Shown in pieces: positions 31,246 to 41,436 of a stretch of DNA of 64,000 nucleotides (position 1 is the stretch's first letter; every line of letters begins with the position of its first letter). The translations under genes were made by a program, and so were the position numbers. A model generated the notes under the pieces. The model was not told the origin of the DNA. It made no database searches and was given only the letters and a program-made list of their open reading frames with translations. Location: the NCBI GenBank assembly GCA_963693055.1, contig OY843751.1, positions 5,120,001 through 5,184,000 on the forward strand. Reading direction: 5' to 3'. Source of the stretch: a bacterium. Its GTDB lineage: Bacteria > Zhuqueibacterota > Zhuqueibacteria > Residuimicrobiales > Krinioviventaceae.

Positions 31246-32400
31246 ATGCAATCCTTTCCTGATAATTTGCACGTCCCTTTGAATCATGACCTATCGATAA
31301 AGCATAGTACATTTGTAATATAAAATTTGGAAAAAAAGAATTATTAAAAGCTCGTGAGGTCCATAGATGATGAAGTTCATGTTTCCAATAATTAGTTCCA
31401 GGAGCTTCATTAATAACACTAAAAGCTCCAAAGCCTCTACCATTTATACTTTTTATTGTACCACCTGTATAATAAGGTGTTAAATGATTCTTATCAAATC
31501 CCCATTCCCCCTTACCAAAGAATTTATTTCCAATACCTAATGCATTAATAGCAATATTTCCAATATTATTTTCAGCTTGCAATAAGCGCTGATTTTTACC
31601 AAATGTAAAATTAACTGGGCCAACTCCAATAGTATATTTTGAAAATAGATCTCTTCCTGCAGCCCAATTATTCCCAACGGAACTACCTGCGGTTGCTAAA
31701 CCTTGATATCCAAGTCTCCCCCAGAATCCCTTTTTAACCATACCAAATCCACCGGTAATATTAAAAGCACCAGAAGCAGCTCCAGTAATACCAAACTTCC
31801 AAAGATCACCACCATTTGCACCTGATGAATAAGCCATAGCCATATTAACATTAGCACCATTGACAATACTCGATGTTATACCCCAACTCGTTGTTGCAGC
31901 AACTTGTGGAGTTCCAACCCCAGTAGCAATGGCTGAGGGATATAAAGGAACAGCAATCATAGAACCAATTCCTGCTCCAATAAAACCACCTGTAATAGCT
32001 CCTTTCCACCAATCTATATCATTATTATGAGCTATAATACCACCAGATGTTGCACCAATCGTTGCACCTATTGCCATAGCAATAAATACAGGATTCCTTC
32101 CATCCGGATCCACCATAATTAACGGATTATTGCCACAATACACATACGGGCTAAATCCCTGTCCGGCGGGGTCTGGCACAAACCAGCGCCCAATCTCGGG
32201 GTTATAGTATCTTGCTCCAAAGCCGCAGCGTAGCGGAGGTGCGCCTATGGAGTATAGTAAAGTCCGATATCCGAGTAAAGCTCTTTTTGCGAGAACTGGT
32301 AGCTGTTATCATCATTCCCCGAAGCGACCAGGGTTTCGCCAAATGGGGTATAATCGCGGGTCATGTCGGAGTTGCTCAAGCGTCGTGTACTGCAAATCTG
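31220..32400 (-). pseudogene. Orphan Rhs cassette A2 with Gly-rich linker and HExxH tip (ORF 31220-32179)
   Basis: PYVYCGNNPLIMVDPDG core end, KHELHH...NYQE; same 32-nt insert at GLYY|FGARY. Confidence 0.85.
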
Positions 32401-32483
32401 ATTCAGTCCCCATCCCGTAAGTAACGGATCACGCTTTCTAATCTCGCAGCATTTTCCCTCCGGGATGTAAAAGCCCAAGACCA

Positions 32484-32819
32484 GCCCCGCAAAAAGCCTC
32501 TGAAATTCTTCAGGGGATTACCATGTAGAACGAAATTCATTTCGTTTGTCCGGTGCAGACGGACCCGGCAGGCAGGATGCGCCTTGGCGTATCATTTATC
32601 TTTATTAGTAGGCGGACCTCATGATACAATAGAGCTAAATTGCCCCCCCAGAGCATACGAAATAAAGCAAAGATATATAATCAGAGTTGTTACGGAGTCA
32701 ATCTCCCCCATGATCTGTTTTACAACGTCATATCAATCCTATAATCCCTTAATCCTACAAATCATAATTCAGACAAAAAAAGCGCCGGTTACTGCTTGGG
32801 TAGCAGTGTGACGGCGCTT
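32484..32819. repeat. Inter-cassette spacer, copy 3
   Basis: Starts gccccgcaaaaagcctctgaa; aligns with copies 1 and 2. Confidence 0.88.
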
Positions 32820-32917
32820 AAAGAAAGTTCAATATGGCTAACGTTTCAATTTCTTAACCCATTTTTGCAAACCTGTTGGTGTGCGCTGTAAAACTACAGG
32901 CTATAGAAAATAATGAA

Positions 32918-33472
32918 TTATGAAAAATAATTATAAGAACTATCCAAATATGCTATTTTTTTTATTTTACCTTTTAATGCAATAAATTCAATTAATCCAA
33001 ATAGATAAACAAACAACATTAACAGTATTGAAGTTAATATACCACTACTAAAACTATAATCTTCGTAAAAAAAAGAATAAAAAAATGGTAAAATCACACT
33101 AATCCAAGGAAAAAAAATTGACTTAAATTGCGCTTGTATTAAAGAACCAGCTTTATCATTAATAATAGTCAATTTACATTCGAGAAATACTAAAGTCCCC
33201 CATTGAATCCATTTAAAATATTTTCTTCGAAGTAAAATTGCATCATCAGCAATAATTTTTTTGGGTGAAATGTTTTCCTTAATAAATTTCATTATTTCAT
33301 CCCTTGAATAACTACTAGAAATGGAAAATTTATACATTGGGATTCCATAATAAAACAAATTACGAAAACCTTTTCTATCATAGAAATTGATGAATGGCAT
33401 ATATTTGATAAAATAGAATACTAATTCAAAAACGATTAAAAAAAATATTATATCTTTTAAAATAATTATCAT
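32918..33472 (-). CDS. Putative membrane immunity protein (cassette B1)
   Basis: ATGA overlap with the toxin stop; about three TM helices. Confidence 0.65.
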   Translation of the reverse strand: MIIILKDIIFFLIVFELVFYFIKYMPFINFYDRKGFRNLFYYGIPMYKFSISSSYSRDEIMKFIKENISPKKIIADDAILLRRKYFKWIQWGTLVFLECKLTIINDKAGSLIQAQFKSIFFPWISVILPFFYSFFYEDYSFSSGILTSILLMLFVYLFGLIEFIALKGKIKKIAYLDSSYNYFS

Positions 33473-34465
33473 TCTTCTTCCTCTTGATATTGATATTTAT
33501 CTATTCTAGAGTATTCGATTGTGGTTTTAATCTCAATAATATCGTTGTAAATTTCTTTACCTCCTTTTGCTAATGCATCACCAACCTCAGTGAGGTTTAT
33601 ATTAACTCCGGCCCCGACAAGCCCAGCCTTAACTTCTAAACCTAATCCTAAATCTACATCCTTGTCAAATTCTGACACACTAGTACTTACCTCCTTAATC
33701 ATTTGAATATTTTCACCCTGATCCTTAAAACCCAATTCTCCTTTTAAATTTCCAAATCCAGCAACATTTACCTCCCCACTTACAGAACATCTAAATCCTA
33801 CAGAGAAATCTCCAGCTAAATTTATGTCTGCTGAAACTCCAGCTTGGGCAGAAAATCCAGCTTTAAGTGGACCCATTCGCCCTGTAACTCCTATTTGAGG
33901 TCCAATTGAACCTCCTGCTTCAACAATCTCACCAATTTCTTTAACAGCTACAGGATGTGAATATACAATATTTGCAATTAATTTATACATTTGTATTTGA
34001 TTAAAATTACCATTAAAATCTTTATATCTTAATGGGTTATTGTGACTATAATGATATGGAGTATAGTCTGGTGCCAAATCCGCCAACGGATCAACGCTGA
34101 TAAACCGCCCGACAACCGGATCGTGGTACCGCGCACCAAAACCGCAGGTCCGACCTCTGGCGGATAATAAAGATCAAGGCCGTGCTCATCATCCAACTCT
34201 TTGCCGGTAAATTTCTGGATCGTTTCAATGTCACTCGAAACCGAACTACGCGAAACTGAACCGAACGTTGGAGCGAAGCGGAAATCCGCCCACTGGCGGA
34301 GGTAGTAATCATAGCGCTCAACCACGTTTTGGTCCGCATCTATCCGCCTAACTGATTTGCGGACGTAACCGCAACCCGGGTACTTGACCGCCTACCGGCG
34401 GTTTACTCCGCCAGCGGGCGGACACGCCTGTGGTCGTGAATATGAAAATAATACTCGCCTGCTGA
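33469..34465 (-). pseudogene. Orphan Rhs cassette B1 (toxin tip ORF 33469-34086); core broken by palindromic inserts
   Basis: EYYFHIHDH..STRV..VERYDYY..PFG..KFTGKELD..LYY..FGARYHDP..GRFISVDP..PYHYSHNNPLRYKDFNG. Confidence 0.85.
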
Positions 34466-34678
34466 CACAACACTGTATTGAAGCATAACAAGAATAACGC
34501 AAAAAAGCAAACATTTTACTCGTGACGGAGACTATCTCTGTAACGGGTGCTTTTCAATCCTATAATCCCTCAATCCTATGAATCCCAATTCAGACAAATA
34601 AAAAAACGCCGCCACTGTATGGTTAGCAGTGTGACGGCGCATAATCAATTGGATACATTAATAATTTAAAACAATGAA

Positions 34679-35083
34679 TCAATCATAAAAATATTCATGA
34701 TCTGATGTTAAAAACTTCATTTTCCTTTTACATGTACAAGTATCAACGTCCATAAAAAACCGTACTACTTTGGCACCTTGTATTGGTATGCTGAAATAAT
34801 ATTTTGTAAAAAACTCATCCTTAAAATGTAACATTTCAGATTCAAATACAAGTGTATCCCTATTAGTAGAGTAGTAAAACCCGTCTGCAAAGCCAATATC
34901 ATCTTCACTTATTAATGTATCTTTTTCAAGATATATATTAAATGTATCTAACTTTACATAACTAACATATGTACCCCAAAAACCGTCTTCAAAAGCAATT
35001 CTTATTTTTGTGGGTTCTTTCGAAAAACTTGCTGAGAAAAAAAATAGTAATAAAAATGAATAAGAAAATATTTTCATAATCAT
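34679..35083 (-). CDS. Putative secreted immunity protein (cassette B2)
   Basis: Signal peptide; GGAG RBS; 6 bp after the toxin stop. Confidence 0.65.
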   Translation of the reverse strand: MIMKIFSYSFLLLFFFSASFSKEPTKIRIAFEDGFWGTYVSYVKLDTFNIYLEKDTLISEDDIGFADGFYYSTNRDTLVFESEMLHFKDEFFTKYYFSIPIQGAKVVRFFMDVDTCTCKRKMKFLTSDHEYFYD

Positions 35084-35089
35084 ATCTCC

Positions 35090-36075
35090 CTATTTTTGTT
35101 CATTTATCATTTTATGAGCTTTTTCAATCTGATTTTTGTTAATTTCCATCCCCTTCGAATCTTGGCTTTGAATCATTAAATTATTTCCTTGCCTTAACAC
35201 TCTTCCATTTGCATCCTTTGGATGTTCTAAATAACAACCATGACCGAATTCATGTGCACCAGTTCTTTTGACTTGATTAGCACCATGAAGAATTGTGGCT
35301 GTAGAAATCAACATTTTTTCTCCACCGATTTTACCCTTACCTGTTTTTTTATCAACATTTCTACCACCAACTGGTTTACCTGTAGAATTAGTCAAAGTAT
35401 TTGCATCAACAAATGCAAAAATATGATCAGTACCCTTCACTTTTTCAGGATCAGTATTTATGTTTACATCCATAACTACATTTGTACCTTGTACATTACC
35501 AAATGACTCCTCTATTCCAGATTTAATCAATTCCGCTGTTCTTTTCAGAACTCTATCTGTTATATTTTTTTAGTGCTTTCATTTACAAGAGAAGCGTTTA
35601 CTGTATTATTATATTGATTTTTTCCCTTATCATAAGTTGACGTTATCTCCCTCCCATCCGGGTCAACAAATATCAGCGGATTATTCATCGTATAATTATA
35701 CGGGCTCAACCCCGGATATTTCTCCGTCATGGGATCAACGCTGATAAACCGCCCGACAACCGGATCGTGGTAGCGTGCACCAAAACCGCAGGTCCGACCT
35801 CTGGCGGATAGTAAAGATCAAGGCCGTGCTCATCATCCAACTCTTTGCCGGTGAATTTCTGGATCGTCTCAATGTCATCAGATACTGTACTGCGCGAAAC
35901 AGAACCGAAGGGATAATAGTCATAGCGCTCAACCACGTTTTGGTCCGCATCTATCCGCCTAACTGATTTGCGGACGTAACCGCAACCCGGGTACTTGACC
36001 GCCTGCCGGCGGTTTACTCCGCCAGCGGGCGGACACGCCTGTGGTCGTGAATATGAAAATAATACTCGCCTGCTG
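35090..36075 (-). pseudogene. Orphan Rhs cassette B2 with metallopeptidase tip, frameshifted
   Basis: NNPLIFVDPDG core end; HEFGHGCYLEH...NNLM zinc motif; frameshift at the T7 run 35565-35571. Confidence 0.85.
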
Positions 36076-36301
36076 ACACAGCACTATATTGAATCATAAC
36101 AAGAATAACGCAAAATAGCAAACATTTTAATTAAATGTTCGCTATTCAGGGGATTGAGGATAAATCAAAAAGCGCCGGACAATGCATAGTTAGCAATGTA
36201 GCTCGGCGCTTGATAGTTTGGAATATAAAGCAAGTCTTAACTCGTAAAACCAGAATGTATACCGGGTAAGTAAAACCTGGGCCACAGGCCCAGATTACGA
36301 A

Positions 36302-36545
36302 CTATTGCGTTATTGGTTCATACGCTTGGGGAGGACCTTCATCTTTTTGGGGAATTGTATATGTGTGTTTCGCAATAATATAATCACCATCAACAAATGG
36401 ATTATAAATATTAGGATTATTTAATTCAATCATTCTTGACAAATTGGGAAGTGTAAAGATTTTTGTGTAAATCATGAACAAGGGTTCAATAACCCGTAGG
36501 GTTATTGAATTTCGATCGCTGATTGATTTGCACACACTTTTCCAA
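36302..36545 (-). pseudogene. Probable 3' fragment of the immunity gene split by IS256
   Basis: Open frame ending just before the shared cassette terminator; abuts the IS end. Confidence 0.5.
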
Positions 36546-37877
36546 GGGACTGTAAATTCGCTTGTGTTTTAAAAACAAATATTACATTTTATTAAATACA
36601 GGAGAATTTACCAATGAAACTTACACCTGAAATTATTAAACAACTTGAAAAAGATTTTGAAAATTGCAAGACAGCAGACGATCTGCTGGGCAAAAATGGT
36701 CTGGTCAAGAATTTGATTAAGGGCATATCAGACCAAATTATGGAAGCTGAAATGACCCAGCACTTGGGCTATGAGAGACATTCTTCAGAAGGTGATAACA
36801 GTGGCAATAGTAGAAACGGTCACAGCAGCAAAACAGTGAAGACAGATTTTGGTGAAATTGACATCAAAATCCCCCGTGATCGGAATGGAGAATTTGACCC
36901 GGTACTTGTCAAAAAGCACCAGCGTGATCTGGGCAAAATAGATGAAATTATCGTTGCCTTATATGCCAAAGGTCTGAGTACAAGAGACATCAAAGACCAC
37001 CTGGAAACACTTTACGGCCTGGACGCTTCCCCAACATTTATTTCCAATGTTACCGAACGGGTACGCGAGCTTGTCGTTGAATGGCAGTCAAGACCGTTGG
37101 ATAGCGTTTATCCTATTGTTTATTTGGATGCTATCCACTATAAGATACGTGACGAAGGGCGTATTATAAACAAGGCCGCCTATACTGTACTGGGAATCAA
37201 TGGTGAAGGCTTTAAGGATTTACTTGGTATTTGGATCGACCAGTCCGAGGGCGCCAATTTCTGGCTGTCTGTTTTAACCGATATACGAAACCGTGGGGTT
37301 GAAGATATTCTGATTGCATGCGTAGATGGGCTGAAAGGCTTTCCGGATGCTATTGCCAGCATTTTTCCCGATACTGAAGTCCAGCTTTGTATCATCCATC
37401 AAATCCGTAACTCGCTTCGTTATGTTGCATCAAAACATCAAAAAGAATTTATCAAAGATCTGAAGCTGGTTTATCAAAGCACAACTAAAGAAAACGCTGA
37501 ACTGCAACTGGATCGCCTTGAACAAAAATGGGGGGTCAAATATCCCATTGTTATCAATTCCTGGAGAAAAAACTGGGACAACCTGTCCAACTATTTTAAA
37601 TATCCCGAAGAAATTCGGCGAATGATCTATACCACAAATAGTGTAGAGGCTCTGCACCGGCAGCTTCGCAAAGTCACTAAAACCAAATCTCTGTTCCCCC
37701 ACGATGATGCGTTGAAAAAAATGCTGTTTCTGGCCTACAGGGATATTGCTAAAAAATGGTCGCAGCCCATCAGAAACTGGGCCTTTGTTGTTTCTCAATT
37801 TTCTATTATATTTAAAGACAGGATGAAAATCCAAATATAGCACTACTATTCATTTACACAAAAAAGTTTACAGTCTC
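36546..37877 (+). mobile_element. IS256 family insertion sequence
   Basis: Imperfect terminal IRs gggactgtaaa...tgtgt / acaca...tttacagtctc enclosing a transposase. Confidence 0.9.
36614..37840 (+). CDS. IS256 family transposase
   Basis: NSRNG, IPRDRNG, VYLDA, VDGLKG, QLCIIH, YTTNSVE. Confidence 0.97.
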   Translation: MKLTPEIIKQLEKDFENCKTADDLLGKNGLVKNLIKGISDQIMEAEMTQHLGYERHSSEGDNSGNSRNGHSSKTVKTDFGEIDIKIPRDRNGEFDPVLVKKHQRDLGKIDEIIVALYAKGLSTRDIKDHLETLYGLDASPTFISNVTERVRELVVEWQSRPLDSVYPIVYLDAIHYKIRDEGRIINKAAYTVLGINGEGFKDLLGIWIDQSEGANFWLSVLTDIRNRGVEDILIACVDGLKGFPDAIASIFPDTEVQLCIIHQIRNSLRYVASKHQKEFIKDLKLVYQSTTKENAELQLDRLEQKWGVKYPIVINSWRKNWDNLSNYFKYPEEIRRMIYTTNSVEALHRQLRKVTKTKSLFPHDDALKKMLFLAYRDIAKKWSQPIRNWAFVVSQFSIIFKDRMKIQI

Positions 37878-38286
37878 ACAAATTGTCATCATCCTTGTCA
37901 AATCCCCAAGAATAAAATACAAATGAGTATGTCGAATCCTCAAAATTTGTTTCGCATTTAAATGAATATTTGATATCATACAATTGCAATAAATATGGTT
38001 TAATTAATGAATCAAAACCTTCTATATTTTCAATTTCATTTAAACTTGGTATTCTATTATTAAAATAATAATAATCATTTATATATAAAGATATGGGATC
38101 ATCAAGTATTAAAATACGACGCATATAATAAATACGATTATGTATAAATAATGCATATAAAAAAGAAAATACAACAATGAGAGCGATAATATTCTTTGAT
38201 GATTTTGTTTTAAATATTTTATTTCTTAAGGAAAAAATAAATAATGAAATAATAAATGTAATCCATGGAAATAATACTAAATTCAA
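37878..38286 (-). pseudogene. 5' fragment of an immunity-like membrane protein truncated by IS256
   Basis: Two TM helices then YSWGFDKDDDN; the stop codon is supplied by the IS end. Confidence 0.65.
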
Positions 38287-38511
38287 TTTTTCACCTTTTT
38301 ATTGTAAGACATTTAATTTTTAATAATATAAGCGTTGTCTACTATTCATTCTTGATATTCCAACAGTGCTCCAGTTTTTTGTGGCTGTAACTTCATTAGT
38401 GCTACGCACTAATGATGCCATTGATCCTTTTTTAACTGTTGCACTTGTTACTTGAACTTACGAGTGTAAACAACGCTCGCAATATCATTATTTTAATATT
38501 ATTTTGAGTCT

Positions 38512-39460
38512 TTAGTTTTCTTTTTCTTCTTCTTCTTTATCTCTTGATTCTTGTCCCTTATGTAAATTTTCATTCCATTGTTTAATCCATACATTATATT
38601 GCTCAATTGTCATAGATAACTTAATAATAGCTAAGCCTTTAACTTCATCATTAGAGTTATAATAACACAAAATAATCCTTGAATTTTCATCACCCTTGGT
38701 ACCATGTCTATCATCTCTTTTTATCATTTTAATATTCATGTTTTCAGGTTTTGAAACAAAAACTTCTATGTCACCCCCATATTCAGTGTCTTGACCATGC
38801 AATATATTTTGTGAAGGATCGCCCGCCGCTGGTCCATACGCCATGCCAGTTTCATATACTTGTCGAGGTCCACCACTATATTCACCACTCATTTCAATAC
38901 CTTCTATAGGAACCGAGATATCAGGATATTGTTTCTTTTGTTCTCCTTGCTTGAATCGAAATTCTTTTTCGGCTGTACGCATAGCATTCATTATTATTTG
39001 ATGTTCTTCTTTAGTCATAGGTCTTTTCCCATCCGGATCAACCAGTATCAATGGATTGTTCATCGTATAATTATACGGGCTCAACCCCGGATACTTGTCC
39101 GCCATGGGATCAACGCTGATAAACCGCCCGGCGACCGGATCGTGGTATCGTACGCCGAAATAGTAAAGATCAAGGCCGTGCTCGTCATCCAACTCTTTGC
39201 CGGTGAATTTCTGGATCGTTTCGATGTCACTCGAAACCGTACTGCGCGAGACAGAACCGAACGTTGGAGCGAAGCGGAAATCCGCCCACTGGCGGAGGTA
39301 GTAATCATACCGCTCAACAACGTTCTGGTCCGCGTCTATCCGCCTTACTGATTGGCGGACGTAACCGCAACCCGGGTACTTGACCGCCTACTGGCGGTTT
39401 ACTCCACCAGCGGGCGGACACGCCTGTGGTCGTGAATATGAAAATAATACTCACCTGCTG
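38512..39460 (-). pseudogene. Orphan Rhs cassette B3 (ORF 38512-39192), unknown toxin tip
   Basis: LYYFGVRYHDPVAGRFISVDP...NNPLILVDPDG; upstream core carries palindromic inserts. Confidence 0.85.
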
Positions 39461-39936
39461 ACTTGTCCGACCTCTGGCGGAAACCGCACTGTATTGGATC
39501 ATAACCAAAATAACGCAAAAAAGCAAACATTATAATTAAATGTGTTTTCATCCGTGAGGACCAGTGCGGTTACGTGGCACGATTCAGTCGCGAAAAGCTC
39601 TTACCGCAAAGCCCGCGGAGCATTCGCGATGAACGCAAAGATATAATCGGGGTCATAATGGATACAATCTCTGCCGCAACCGTTTTTAAAACATTATTTC
39701 AATCTTATAATCCCTTAATCCTATAAATCATAATTCAGACAAAAAAAGCGCCGGTTACTGCATGATTAGCAGTGCCGGCGCTTAAAGTAGTAAACACGTG
39801 CTATATAATGGCACGAGTATTATGATTGTAATGCATAGATGTAGAAAACGGATAAAAAAATCGTGCCACAGGCACGGGCTACCAACTGGGAATCCTGTTC
39901 CAAGGACATGAACATCATTCTATTCATTGTAAGGAA

Positions 39937-40340
39937 TCAAGCACAATCAGAGCTCCAATGAATTCTAAATAGTAAATCAATTGCCGCATTATACCTATTC
40001 GATTCATGAAATGGTACAAACAGCAGAATTGGTATTATAGACTCAAGAATAATATTGTAACTTGGATTGAGCATATTGAAAATTAAAATGGATAAAACGA
40101 CATGATAAAAAATCAACTTAACTTGTTTTGGACATTTATTATCACTTTCTTTTGGATAAATTTTAAAAATGGCCATCCCAGCGGTTCGCCCTTTTAATAA
40201 AAGAAACATCTGAAATATTGGATTTTTTCATATTGAACTAATAAATTGAGTTCAATTTTCCAAAGAGAATGAAATATTTATAAAATCTATAACATTTAAA
40301 ATTGTTCTTTGACAAAATTTACTATCATTACTCTAATACA
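39937..40340 (-). pseudogene. Degraded RDD-like membrane gene, remnant of a sixth cassette
   Basis: KGRTAGMAIFKI motif; followed by the shared cassette terminator at 39741; abuts IS5. Confidence 0.5.
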
Positions 40341-40347
40341 TAGGTTA

Positions 40348-41414
40348 TATACCTACGAAATGGCTCAAGTGGTTAATGTAACCATACGCCTGATATTATA
40401 AACCCATGCTGCAATCACAAATTCAAAACGATTTCGGCCCATATCATAATAACTGCACCGATCATAATCTAATACTTGCTTCATAAAGGCAAACGGTCTT
40501 TCAACTGCATTCCGAACTTTAGATAATTGCTTATTTCTTTTTACCTGCTTTGATGTCAAATTTCGGTTTCTATATCCTTTATCAAGAATGCCGCAATAGA
40601 CTCCTTTGCCTCGCAGGTTGCACTTGCGGGCTTTGTTCGTGTAACCTTTATCTGCGAACACCGCATTTTCTTTTTCTGTTATCAGATCCGGAAAAAGATT
40701 TGTGTCGTGAATACTTGCGCTGGTAAACTCTACAGAATGAATAATATCACTGTCCAAATCTGTACCAATATGGCCTTTGTAGCCATAATGCGTTTTGCCA
40801 CGTTTCTTTGTGAAATCTGCATCACGATCACGCTTGCTTCCTGGTTTCGCTTGTGCTTGTTTTATAGTTGCATCAACAAGTGTTCCTTTGCCAACGATCA
40901 GACCCATTTTTTCAAGCTGTTTGTTGAATTGCCGGAACAGTATTTTATCAAGACCAAGGCGAGAAAATTGTTCACGATAGCGACAGATAGTGGTCTCGTC
41001 AGGGATTGCATCAGCACTGGTCAGTTCCAGAAACAATTGAAAACTACGTCGATCCGCAATCTCTTCTTCCAGGCGAGGATCGGATAAACCATAGATACGT
41101 TGTAATAAAAAACAACGAACAATAACTAACAAATCAAATGACGGCTTGCCTGCATTTGATTTTCTGGTTTTTGATTGTTCAATACGTTCTTCAATGGGTT
41201 CAAGTAAATTTTGCCAATCAATTTTTTCTTTGATAATTTCCAGAGCTTGTTTGCTTTGGGTTTTTATATGCTTTTTGAAATTTTCATTTGCTGCTGTGGT
41301 AAACAAGTCTTCATTGTGTATTCTATTGCGACCCATGTAAAACTCCAGTTTTTTTTATCATACAGCAAATTAGTAAATTATTACCTTTGATTCTAATAAT
41401 ATTTCAGAGGTTTC
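40348..41414 (-). mobile_element. IS5 family insertion sequence
   Basis: Imperfect IRs tatacctacgaaat / atttcagaggtttc; ends approximate. Confidence 0.75.
40365..41336 (-). CDS. IS5 family transposase
   Basis: LSDPRLEE, PDETTICRYR, VDAT, GYKGH, ADKGY, RNAVERPF. Confidence 0.95.
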   Translation of the reverse strand: MGRNRIHNEDLFTTAANENFKKHIKTQSKQALEIIKEKIDWQNLLEPIEERIEQSKTRKSNAGKPSFDLLVIVRCFLLQRIYGLSDPRLEEEIADRRSFQLFLELTSADAIPDETTICRYREQFSRLGLDKILFRQFNKQLEKMGLIVGKGTLVDATIKQAQAKPGSKRDRDADFTKKRGKTHYGYKGHIGTDLDSDIIHSVEFTSASIHDTNLFPDLITEKENAVFADKGYTNKARKCNLRGKGVYCGILDKGYRNRNLTSKQVKRNKQLSKVRNAVERPFAFMKQVLDYDRCSYYDMGRNRFEFVIAAWVYNIRRMVTLTT

Positions 41415-41436
41415 TAAAAACATTTTAAAAAGTCAC

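Noticed and set aside
28324-39783. Integron attC sites (GTTAGCA in the shared hairpin)
   Set aside because: The GTT motif lies in the loop rather than at the ends, no RYYYAAC/GTTRRRY pair was found, and no integron integrase is in the window.
27300-41414. Prophage or ICE at tRNA-Asp
   Set aside because: No integrase, phage structural or conjugation genes are visible.
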